DNA of 36,969 bases from a virus. Lineage: Duplodnaviria; Caudoviricetes. The position numbers and the translations under genes were made by a program. Each line of letters starts with the position of its first letter. The first letter of the stretch is position 1. Below are positions 1 to 9,000 of this stretch, piece by piece. The notes under the pieces were generated by a model. That model saw nothing but the letters and a program-made list of their open reading frames with translations. It did not search any database and was not told the origin of the DNA. The stretch spans positions 1-36,969 of the IMG/VR virus record IMGVR_UViG_3300046103_002325; one strand, written 5' to 3'.

Positions 1-134
1 TCATTTTTGACGGGATCGTTGACAGCTTTGCCCACGTTGAGTGCGACCCAATTGAGTATGGGTGCAGCAGCGCCCAACTTTGAGTCTGGCACCAGCGCCG
101 ATACCAGCGAGGCAATCGCAACCAAAATCGCGGC
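1..134. repeat. Terminal direct repeat, left copy (circular assembly overlap)
   Basis: 1..134 matches 36836..36969 except position 8 (T) vs 36843 (C). Confidence 0.97.
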
Positions 135-176
135 AATTTCGACTCCGAACGGGATCGCGTTCAGTAATTCAATCAT
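1..176 (-). CDS. Small membrane protein, putative holin (59 aa), spanning the circular junction
   Basis: ATG at 176 overlaps the endolysin stop. Reads MIELLNAIPFGVEIAAILVAIASLVSALVPDSKLGAAAPILNWVALNVGKAVNDPV(K/E)ND with the stop at 36832-36834. One hydrophobic helix; lies between endolysin and spanin candidates. Not in the ORF track. Confidence 0.7.
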   Translation of the reverse strand, partial: MIELLNAIPFGVEIAAILVAIASLVSALVPDSKLGAAAPILNWVALNVGKAVNDPVKN

Positions 177-498
177 TTAATTCTCCGAATTTATCGACCC
201 ACCAATCAGGCAGATCGCCGGGCGGCAGACCCTGCACATGGATATGTACACCTGAACCCACATCATGCAATTTGAACCAGAGACCCAGACGCTTTGCCTC
301 TTGCGCACCGTCAGACAAATCAGGTGAGACAAAATCTCGAGCCATCCCCAACAAGTGTTTTGACTGCGGGTGGCCTCCCTCCTGGGCGTTTCGCTCCGTC
401 GACCGCCGGCCAGAAGTTTCCGACAACTCTGGGCATCGCCTTACCAGCTCGCGGCAAGCAGCGTCAAACTCTGATGGCGTCATTGGGTGTCGCGTCAC
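169..498 (-). CDS. Endolysin, peptidase M15A-like zinc peptidase
   Basis: TSGRRS..RN..EGG...SKH..G.A.D and HIHV match the peptidase M15 zinc-ligand pattern; lysis-cluster context. Confidence 0.85.
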   Translation of the reverse strand: MTRHPMTPSEFDAACRELVRRCPELSETSGRRSTERNAQEGGHPQSKHLLGMARDFVSPDLSDGAQEAKRLGLWFKLHDVGSGVHIHVQGLPPGDLPDWWVDKFGELND

Positions 499-833
499 GA
501 AAGCACCGATTTCCTCAACAACCCTTGCGGGTCAATGTTGTGCGGTTTTGCAAGAAACGAAGGCGTGTCCCCATAGCTGACAGTGATCTCTTCGTCAGCC
601 GCGATGCCTCTCAACGCCTGCGCTTCGTAAACATCTTTGCGGACGTTCTGCATCGAAGCGTTTGGATTGTCGCTGTGGTTAATAAATCGACCAAGCTTTG
701 TGCGCACCATTGAAGTGGGCGTAGAACTAGTGACCAAGATCCCAATCGAATCACCTGACGAAAAAGCACGGGTGGCAAATGCGCCGTCGCCATGAATACT
801 CGAGCGCGCTGTCACGAAATTTTTATCTGACAT
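495..833 (-). CDS. Minimal SET-domain protein (putative lysine methyltransferase)
   Basis: SET motifs SIHGDGAFAT, RFINHS and EEITVSYG all present in 112 aa. Confidence 0.9.
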   Translation of the reverse strand: MSDKNFVTARSSIHGDGAFATRAFSSGDSIGILVTSSTPTSMVRTKLGRFINHSDNPNASMQNVRKDVYEAQALRGIAADEEITVSYGDTPSFLAKPHNIDPQGLLRKSVLS

Positions 834-844
834 TTCATTGCCGC

Positions 845-1144
845 CTAAACAACATCTTTGCCCGCCGCGTTATTCACCAGCGCCCGGATGCCGTCCTTGA
901 TCTCGTCGATGTCATCGCTCAGGTTCTCAATCGTTGTCCCGGTTTTCGCAGACGACTCGGCCAACGCTTTGATCGCTTCGGAGTGCCGAGCAAGCCGAGC
1001 CTCGGAAACCTTGTGGCGTTGCTCAAACTCGGCTTCCCGCTGGCTTTGCTTGTAGAAAATACGCGCAATCGCGCCACTTCCCGTGACGCCGAGAGCAGCC
1101 ATTAGTTCAGTCATCCATGAGGTTGTGCCGGGATCGGTGGGCAT
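845..1144 (-). CDS. Membrane-anchored coiled-coil protein (holin/antiholin-like)
   Basis: Weakly hydrophobic N-terminal segment followed by heptad-rich coiled coil; first gene of the lysis cluster. Confidence 0.5.
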   Translation of the reverse strand: MPTDPGTTSWMTELMAALGVTGSGAIARIFYKQSQREAEFEQRHKVSEARLARHSEAIKALAESSAKTGTTIENLSDDIDEIKDGIRALVNNAAGKDVV

Positions 1145-1178
1145 TTTTTCCTGCCTCAGCGTAAGAGTTGCCGCAGAT

Positions 1179-3635
1179 TTAACTTGCTGGGTTTAAGTCG
1201 CCCATATTCGTGAACGGATCGATGTAGGAGTTGGCACCTTCTCCCGAGCCGTCAGATAACTTGTACACCTTAACGGCTGTAGCCGTCCAAGTGCCGTTAG
1301 TCACTACGTCGCTAATTTCCAACTCGTCAGCGGCGGTTCCAGAAGCAACAAGAATAACAATGTCGCCGGTAGCCACATCATACGACACTACGGTTCCATC
1401 CTCTGCGCCGCTATTCCAAGTCACCGAGTCTCCCGCTGCGGGAGTGCCAGTTGCAAGATTTGTTTGCGTCATACGGGTAATCTCGCGAGTGCCTACGCGA
1501 TTTGCTGCTTGCGAAGGACCCGCAGAAAACGCCTGATAATAGTTGTTAGCGACTAGAGTTTCGTCTGCGCCACTAACCTCTCGAATAACAAAATCTAAAC
1601 CTCCTCCGTCACCGCAGCGAAATTTGTTTCCAACAATTGTCGCCCCAATAGTGTTTGTTGAAACGCAGCTATCGTCGCCAAAAATATCAACTCCTCTGAG
1701 AAGGCTACCTTCTTTAGTCAACGAAATCGTATACGGAGCCAAGGCCGCCGAACAACTTGCGCTCCCCCCTATCATTGCCTTAATTCCGCCAACGCAAGAA
1801 CCGCTGTCTTGGGTTGTGTTCGTTATAACTGTATTTGTTAGAAACAGATTCCCGTTGGTAACTGCATTTACGCGACCAGAAATCCGCGTATTGACAATGT
1901 TTGCTTCCGAAGCAAGTGAGCCTGTAAGCGCAATTGCTGTTAAATCGTCTGCATCGAGCGCAATTCGTGCGCCAGTCACTACTACGCCAGAAATGTTTGC
2001 TTGATTAGCATTAACTGAAACCGCAGCTTCAATTAAATCTGCGCCAGTGCCATAATCGTAAAATTGAGTTCCAGTGATGCTAATACCTTCAATCTCGGTT
2101 TCAGTGTTTGTAGAAATGGCAATGATTGCGCCGGATTTGCCGACTGAATCCGTTCCACCCTCGTAAGACCCTCCAATAACCGAAACCCGTTTACTGCCGC
2201 TTATGCTGATGCACGAACCTCCGCCATCTTCTCTCCCACAACCAAGACCGTAACTGTCTGTGATTAGAACATCTTGCGATTGAAAAATATCAAAACTCTC
2301 GTCCGCTATTCGATCAGCCACAATGTTAGTTACGTTAAACCGCTTGCAGAATTTGCACGCAATAGCGTGCGACTCTTCGACGGTAGGGCCTTCAACGCTA
2401 ACTGCGGTAGCAGACCAAGTGCTGTCGGTAACTACATCACCAGCACTAAGACTCCCGCCAACGATGTAAATATTGATCCGGCCACTTGCAGCGTCGTATC
2501 CGAGAACTGTGCCGCTTGAACCGCCCCCGTCCCAAGTCACGGAATCGTACCGAGCGGGCACGCCTCCACTAAGGTTAGTTTGTTCTATGCTTGAATAGTT
2601 TGCGTGCCCCGAGTCACCGAACGTGTCTAAGTCTTCGATAGTAAGGTTTTCAATGCTGATGTCTGTTAGAAGTTCCACTTTGCTATAGGAAGCGCCAGCT
2701 ACATTTCCTGTCGTGTGTCCGGTTCCGTCCTCTCCATCAAGCGTAAATATTTTATCGGTCGATACGGAACCAACGGTAAAATACCGATCATTGATCTCCA
2801 CCATTGAGTTTCCGTTGATATAAACTTTGTCCCCGGTTTCAAGAAAATGAGCAGTGGTAGTTTGAATTTGCACTGGGTTTTGTTTCGTTGGGGCAACGGC
2901 AATAGTTTTCCGAGCCGCACAAGTTCCGCTTGTAGCGTAAGCGCAAAAGGTAACTGCATAGTTTCCATTGTCGCCGCACGGTCTAAGTACAGTTTGTCCA
3001 GGCCCATCTCCAAGCACGCTAACGTTTGACGAAGTAACCCGGAGCCCCGAGTACACTCGCCCCTGTCCGTTCTCACCCAGGCAGTAAGTTCCTTTTGGGA
3101 TATAAAGAATGCCTCCACCCGCTGCAGAAATGTCGGCGCTGGCAGCGTTAAATGCCGTAGAATCGTCGGTAACACCGTCTGCAACAACGCCGTAATCCGA
3201 AACATTAAAGACTTCTTGAGCGCCACCGCCCGAAAGTTGCTGAGTTGAGTGGCTCCGAATTGTTAGGTATGAAACATTGCCGGCAGTTTCAGCCGCTGTT
3301 ACATCGACGATTAACCACGCTCGTCCCGTAGTAACTAAAATGCTTGTGTTAGTCGCAGACAGAGTAGCGACCGACGTACACGTTCCCGCCGCATACGTCT
3401 TCGTTTCGCAAGCGTAAACAGTGGCAGCGAACGCACTACCTTTCGTAAACGCCAACCGCTGCACTCCATTTGCAGGAGCACGCAAAAAATCCGCAGTCGT
3501 TACGGTTTCGTAAATCTCCGACCGATAGCCACTCTGACCGGACATCTGCACCATGTCATAGTAGACCTGGGCCGATGCCGAAGACGCGCCCACCATGAGC
3601 AACGCCGCCAGTCCAATACTTCTCAAAAACTTCAT
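1179..3635 (-). CDS. Tailspike/depolymerase-like right-handed beta-helix protein with N-terminal signal peptide
   Basis: Pectate-lyase-3-type motif VFNVSDYGVVADGVTDDSTAFNAA..GGGILYIPKGTY; G/S/T/N-rich beta-helix-like rungs; N-terminus MKFLRSIGLAALLMVGASSASA; AGGAGGT RBS upstream. Confidence 0.75.
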   Translation of the reverse strand: MKFLRSIGLAALLMVGASSASAQVYYDMVQMSGQSGYRSEIYETVTTADFLRAPANGVQRLAFTKGSAFAATVYACETKTYAAGTCTSVATLSATNTSILVTTGRAWLIVDVTAAETAGNVSYLTIRSHSTQQLSGGGAQEVFNVSDYGVVADGVTDDSTAFNAASADISAAGGGILYIPKGTYCLGENGQGRVYSGLRVTSSNVSVLGDGPGQTVLRPCGDNGNYAVTFCAYATSGTCAARKTIAVAPTKQNPVQIQTTTAHFLETGDKVYINGNSMVEINDRYFTVGSVSTDKIFTLDGEDGTGHTTGNVAGASYSKVELLTDISIENLTIEDLDTFGDSGHANYSSIEQTNLSGGVPARYDSVTWDGGGSSGTVLGYDAASGRINIYIVGGSLSAGDVVTDSTWSATAVSVEGPTVEESHAIACKFCKRFNVTNIVADRIADESFDIFQSQDVLITDSYGLGCGREDGGGSCISISGSKRVSVIGGSYEGGTDSVGKSGAIIAISTNTETEIEGISITGTQFYDYGTGADLIEAAVSVNANQANISGVVVTGARIALDADDLTAIALTGSLASEANIVNTRISGRVNAVTNGNLFLTNTVITNTTQDSGSCVGGIKAMIGGSASCSAALAPYTISLTKEGSLLRGVDIFGDDSCVSTNTIGATIVGNKFRCGDGGGLDFVIREVSGADETLVANNYYQAFSAGPSQAANRVGTREITRMTQTNLATGTPAAGDSVTWNSGAEDGTVVSYDVATGDIVILVASGTAADELEISDVVTNGTWTATAVKVYKLSDGSGEGANSYIDPFTNMGDLNPAS

Positions 3636-3759
3636 TCCGTCTACCTCCTATCAGCTAGTTCGCTGATCTTAATGTTTCTATCCAACCAAAACACCCGTTG
3701 CTAAGGAGCGTCAAAGGGACGGGGGTGGAGAAGCGACTTCCATCATTATCCGCTTCCCC

Positions 3760-6024
3760 TTATACAATGCGTGAGAACGTTTTGTAGGTTGCGCGCGTCC
3801 ACGAACCTTGGCTCAGGGTGAACCTCACGCCATTCACTCTAGTGGTCGGTGTGAACATCTCGCCATATCCATTAAGCACAGTGGTCAAGGTGTTGGTGTT
3901 AGTCGAGTCGAATAACTGAACGCCCCCATCCCACTTGAGGGCATTTCGGAAGTTTGCTCCATCTCCGAGGAACACCTCAAACGTCAGACGACGAGTTGGA
4001 TGGTCGTCATCCAGGCCTTTGTTGCTGTTGCCTTGGATCTTCATTGAAACATCACCCCCCTGGGCACTCGATGAGCCAGTGGATGGGTTGGTGCGATTGG
4101 AGAGAGCGTTGGCCCAGTGGTATGAACCCGAAGCCGTAATGTAACTAACACCAAAGTCTGTGCTGAACTCCATGTAGATTTGCGTGTTGTCGAGAGATAG
4201 CTGCACATCTTCTAGCGAAATTTTGTAACCTATGGCAGAAGAGTTTGTTAGTAGGCAAACTATTTCGGTATCCAATGCTGTTACATTGCCAGTTTGAGCA
4301 GCAATCGGAGTCCACATCTGATTACCGCCAAGCGCGGTTACTTGAGAGACTGCAAAATTGGTCCCAACTAATGCGGACGACGAATTGCTAGAAGCGAGTG
4401 CAACGCTCGACTGTACAGCAGTCATCTCACCTTCGAGAGTGGTTGCTCTTCCTTCGACGGCATTCATCTCACCTTCAAGGGTGGTTGCTCGTCCTTCGAC
4501 AGCATTCATCTCGCCTTCGAGGGTGGTTGCTCTTCCTTCGACGGCATTCATCTCACCATTAAGAGTGGTTGCTTGCCCTTCAACAGCATTCATCTCACCT
4601 TCGAGGGTGGTTGCTCTTCCTTCGACGGCATTCATCTCACCTTCGAGAGTGGTTGCTCGTCCTTCGACAGCATTCATCTCACCTTCGAGGGTGGTTGCTC
4701 TTCCTTCAACAGCAGTCATCTCGCCATTGATCGTTACAATGGAAGCTTCAGCAGTGTCCAAATCTGTTTGCAGCGCGGAAACATCCACTCCCCCAAGTGC
4801 AGATACGTTTGTCTGTAATGTGCCAACACTGCTTTCGAGGGTGGTTGCTCGACCTTCAACAGCATTCATCTCACCTTCGAGGGTGGAAATAGCACTGGCG
4901 TTAAGCGCAGTACGTGGCTCAGTGCGTGCGGTTTCATACCAGTTCACTGCATTGGAAATTAACGTAATCGCGTCACCCCCACTCGGTGTCACATCGAGGC
5001 CATCCGAGAGAACAAGCTGCCCGGCCCCACCTCCCGAGTGGATAGCAGTAGCGCTGCCACCGGTCCTCCAGAAGAGCGTCAGGAATTGACCTACGGGTCC
5101 GATCGCGACGTTTTGGATGTCAAGAGTTCCGGTCACGCCGATGCGGACGTGTCCCGCATTTATCTGAGCATTTGGGATGACTAGAGTAGTCGTCGATGCG
5201 CTGACGTTTTGAATAGTGCTGATAGTCTCAGCTTCAAGCGTTACGATGTCAGCTTCAACAACATTCATCTCGCCTTCAAGGGTGGTTGCTCGTCCTTCAA
5301 CAACATTCATCTCGCCTTCAAGGGTGGTTGCTCGACCTTCGACAGCAGTCATCTCACCAATAAGAGTGGTTGCTTGCCCTTCAACAACATTCATCTCACC
5401 TTCGAGGGTGGTTGATCGAGCTTCAACAACAGTCATCTCACCTTCGAGAGTGGTTGCTCGACCTTCAACAGCAGTCATCTCGCCAATAAGAGTGGTTGCT
5501 TGCCCTTCAACAGCAGTCATCTCACCTTCGAGAGTGGTTGATCGACCTTCGACAGCAGTCATTTCACCTTCAAGGGTGGTTGCTCGACCTTCAACAGCAG
5601 TCATTTCAGATTCAAGAGTTGCAACAGAACTAATAAGTGGCTGATTGGTAGTAATATCTCGCGTTCGCTTGTTAATGTTTAAGAGATTGTCGAGTGCAGA
5701 CTCAAGCGCTTCAGAATCAATTGCAACTCCGTAGGACAGATCCATTGTCTGCTTCATCTCGGTGTCAAGAATCAAAGTGACAGTCGCGGACGAAGACGTT
5801 GCCGGGATGTTGCCCGAAGTAAACTTGACGGTGCCGCCGCTCTGAGAACCGACACCAAATACCGTGTAGTGCGTTGCTAGTGTCTTAACAGTTTCGACGC
5901 CAGCCGATGTGGTTAAAACGACTCTGATGTCTGCCTGGTTCAGAATCTTAAAATTAAACCCATAATCGGTTTGAGCGTTCACTACGGAATGCTGCTGTCG
6001 CACGTTCTCGTTTTCGATGGTCAT
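3760..6024 (-). CDS. Tail fibre with T7 gp17-like N-terminal anchor and long coiled-coil shaft
   Basis: N-terminus (YGFNFKIL..DIRVVL..L.THYTV.G...GG.V.F..LE.ALD.L) is typical of podovirus fibre attachment domains; 18 copies of a 14-aa repeat; beta-rich C-terminal domain. Confidence 0.85.
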   Translation of the reverse strand: MTIENENVRQQHSVVNAQTDYGFNFKILNQADIRVVLTTSAGVETVKTLATHYTVFGVGSQSGGTVKFTSGNIPATSSSATVTLILDTEMKQTMDLSYGVAIDSEALESALDNLLNINKRTRDITTNQPLISSVATLESEMTAVEGRATTLEGEMTAVEGRSTTLEGEMTAVEGQATTLIGEMTAVEGRATTLEGEMTVVEARSTTLEGEMNVVEGQATTLIGEMTAVEGRATTLEGEMNVVEGRATTLEGEMNVVEADIVTLEAETISTIQNVSASTTTLVIPNAQINAGHVRIGVTGTLDIQNVAIGPVGQFLTLFWRTGGSATAIHSGGGAGQLVLSDGLDVTPSGGDAITLISNAVNWYETARTEPRTALNASAISTLEGEMNAVEGRATTLESSVGTLQTNVSALGGVDVSALQTDLDTAEASIVTINGEMTAVEGRATTLEGEMNAVEGRATTLEGEMNAVEGRATTLEGEMNAVEGQATTLNGEMNAVEGRATTLEGEMNAVEGRATTLEGEMNAVEGRATTLEGEMTAVQSSVALASSNSSSALVGTNFAVSQVTALGGNQMWTPIAAQTGNVTALDTEIVCLLTNSSAIGYKISLEDVQLSLDNTQIYMEFSTDFGVSYITASGSYHWANALSNRTNPSTGSSSAQGGDVSMKIQGNSNKGLDDDHPTRRLTFEVFLGDGANFRNALKWDGGVQLFDSTNTNTLTTVLNGYGEMFTPTTRVNGVRFTLSQGSWTRATYKTFSRIV
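4399..4734 (-). repeat. Coding tandem repeat, 8 x 42 bp (TLEGEMNAVEGRAT)
   Basis: Visible in DNA and protein; one further unit at about 4843-4884. Confidence 0.95.
5242..5619 (-). repeat. Coding tandem repeat, 9 x 42 bp (TLEGEMTAVEGRAT)
   Basis: Visible in DNA and protein. Confidence 0.95.
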
Positions 6025-9000
6025 TCGTCTTCTCCCGCGATCAGCTCATAAGCCGCATCGTAAAGTTTGAGCATTCCGTTTGTAACGCCCTTCTTTAGAA
6101 GTAGGGTGCGAGCGACAAGCGTTGCTCTTATCAGATCCTCTGCCGTCGTCTCTTCTTCGCCACTCAGCATCTCGAGTGATTTCTCGAGCGGCTCGGCCAC
6201 GTATTGGATCATTCGATCAATTGAAGTTCCGCTTCCAATAAACCGGTCGCCATCGTCGATTAGATTTGCGATTAGATTCTTCTGACTGCTTACGCCAGGA
6301 ATAAAGCCTGGGTACTGCGCAAGGTGGCTTGCAACTACAGTGCGGATAAAGTTTTTGTCTTCGTCTTCGTCGTCATCACCATCGCGGAAAGCGTTGCGCA
6401 TAAAGTTTTCCAGCGTGGGACTCAAGATCATTACGAGGAAGTATGCAGCCATTGCTCTCCCCCGATTGACGTCTTTCTTCTGGCGTCCACCGACTCCGCC
6501 CTGGCTTGCGATAAGCGATAGGTGACTAAACAGCGTCATCATGTAGGAATGGAAAGCCGTGAACATGCGGTTGACGTTGTTGCCCCGCATAACCGCAGCA
6601 AGGTCTTGGACGTCACCACCACCCTGCGTCAAGTTGACGATCGCGTCTGCTGCAGCAACCGCTTGGATGTCGGTCATCGGCCCAGTGTCTGCGCTTAGCG
6701 CACCGTCCTTTGCGGCGTAAAAAGCCGCCCACCAACTCGGAAGGTCTACCCCGTACGTTTGCATTAGCCCGATCATTTCAAGGCCAAACATAGTGATGTC
6801 AGCTTCCCTGCCGCCCTTTCCGCTCAACCTTCTAAGCGCATCCTTTCGGTCGCGTTCGCCGGCTGCAACTCGTCGCCGCATAACGCCGGACATCTCGAAA
6901 GCACGATTGCGCGATTCTTTGGGGCTTCCAAGCACAGTGCGTACGCCCAGGCCGTGATATTTGCGAGCGTTGTTCATGCCCATGTTCTGGATCAGCATTG
7001 CGTGCGTATTGAAATGACCCAGCGTCTGCATCATTACGGTCGTCGTATTCCATGCCAAGTAGAATACAGAGAGCCCGGTGCGCGATTCTCGAGCCAGCCA
7101 TTCCAGTGCGGACGCGGTTGGCGGATTTGGGTCAACAGCGTCTTTCGCAATCGCCATCAGCCACGGGCGGAACAGACGGAACGCTTCTAAGCCGTGGGCT
7201 TCTTTGATCGCCGCCTTGACGTGCTCTGAGTCAATCAAGCGGTCGACTTCGTTCAGCACATTGTGGAGCGCGAGATCGTGAATGACCTTATCGAGATGTC
7301 GAGGCAACACCTCGAGGTCGAGTAAGATAGGCCCGCGGAAACCTGTCCGGCTGACGCGATAACCTGAGTCCGTCAGCGGTCGACGGAAACTCGTCTCGGA
7401 CCCTTCCCATACGCCCTTATCCTGGGTGCGATGCACGGAGTCCAGCTTGTCAGGGTCGTAGACGACCGGAAAGTATTGCCCGGTGACTTCGCCATACGGC
7501 GTCGACAGCGTGCGCCCTTCGACCTTCTCAGGCTCGATGCCGTATGTAGCAACCGCATCTGCAGAAATGGTCGGCCATAGTTTGTTGGTCAGATCCCAAA
7601 GCGACTGCACCAACTGCCAGTCTTCGCGTGACAGATTCTGATCCAGATACGCTTTGATTTTACCCTCAGACCACGCGAGCCCTTGCCCTTGGTATCCCTC
7701 AATCAGCTTGGAGGCATTCGACTCAGTGCCCAGGTTGAGCGCCATCGAGATCAACCCGTAGCGTGACGCTTCCATACCGTACACGTTAAACTTGCGTTCT
7801 CGATATTCAGCATCGCGATTGCCAACGTGCTGTTTCAGCAATTCGCTCAACTCGGAAAGATACGCCTCGCTCATCTCCTCGCGTTTATTGACGGCCTGAA
7901 CGATTGGCTCCCACAGGTAATCACGCCACGGGCCAACAGGTCCGCCGTCGAGCTGATAGATAATCGAGTTGATGCTGCGCGTTGCAAAATAGATTGCTTG
8001 CATTGCGCGAGTGCGCTCTTCGGCAGGCAACTCCTTGTCGATCATTTTGGGGCGCTTGATGTGGCGCGTTTCCTGCGATCGTTGTCGCAGCTCGAGCGCA
8101 ACCGCTTCGCGATCCTGGGCTTTGTCTCGCAGATGAATCTTGTTTTCTCTACGCGCAGACGCCTCGATGCTGCGGATGCCTTCGATGACTTCCATGAACT
8201 CGTCGTACGTGAGCGATCGGTAGTGCCGTCGACCTGTTTCAATGGCTTGCGCGGGGCTGACCAGCGGCTCATACCCCAGCGCGGTTTCTTCGTTGATGAA
8301 CTCGATCAGCGCCGCGGCACCTTCGGCGTCACCTGTCGGCGGTCGATTGCCTACGCTGCGGCGGAAGTCGAACTTGTCGAGCAGATACCCCAAAGCGTTC
8401 CCGTGCTTTGTGCCGGGTACGGCGACCCTTTCGCGGCCAGCCTTCGTCTTGAGCTTGGCGACGTGACGCAGGTGGCGCTCAACTTGGTCGAGTGCTTTAC
8501 GCGCTTCAGATTCCATCAAGATGGCGAGACGTTGCTGACGCTTAGCTTCTTGAGCGGCGGCGATATCGCCAGACTGAAGGGCCTCAAGCGCCCTCATAGA
8601 AGCTCGTTCGGCTTGCTTGCTGAATCGCCCAGGCTTGAGTTCGGGCAGCTTGGTGCTCGATACAATGCGCCGCGCGATCTGTCTCAGCATCTGAGTCGGC
8701 GACACTTGGCCCCCGGATCGCTTCGCCATCATCCGTTCTTCAAAAACAAGCTGGTCGATTGCGTCCTTTTTGTCGATTGCTTTTGCGACTGCCGAGTCTA
8801 TTTGCTCCTCGGTCGAATACTGGCCGTACTGCTCGAGCATCTGCTTTTCGGTTTCTCTATTGATGATGTCCTGCGGGTGCTCTTTCACCATGATCGCGAG
8901 CTGCTCAAGCATTTGTTTCACTGTCTTGAAATTAAACTCTACGCGCAGCACGTCAGGGTGAACGCCACCTGATCGCTGCCAGTAGCCGTAGCGACCCTTC

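Noticed and set aside
62-713. Plus-strand ORFs 62..580 and 294..713
   Set aside because: Antisense to the motif-supported endolysin and SET genes.
4399-5619. 42-bp repeats as a CRISPR array or DGR template/variable repeats
   Set aside because: Units are contiguous with no spacers and keep the reading frame; differences are not adenine-specific; no cas or reverse transcriptase gene is present.
4358-5644. Plus-strand repeat ORFs (4358..5089, 5216..5644)
   Set aside because: Antisense shadows of the tail-fibre repeats.
7827-8972. 381-aa plus-strand ORF
   Set aside because: Fully antisense to the giant protein, no recognisable motifs; typical shadow ORF in GC-rich coding DNA.
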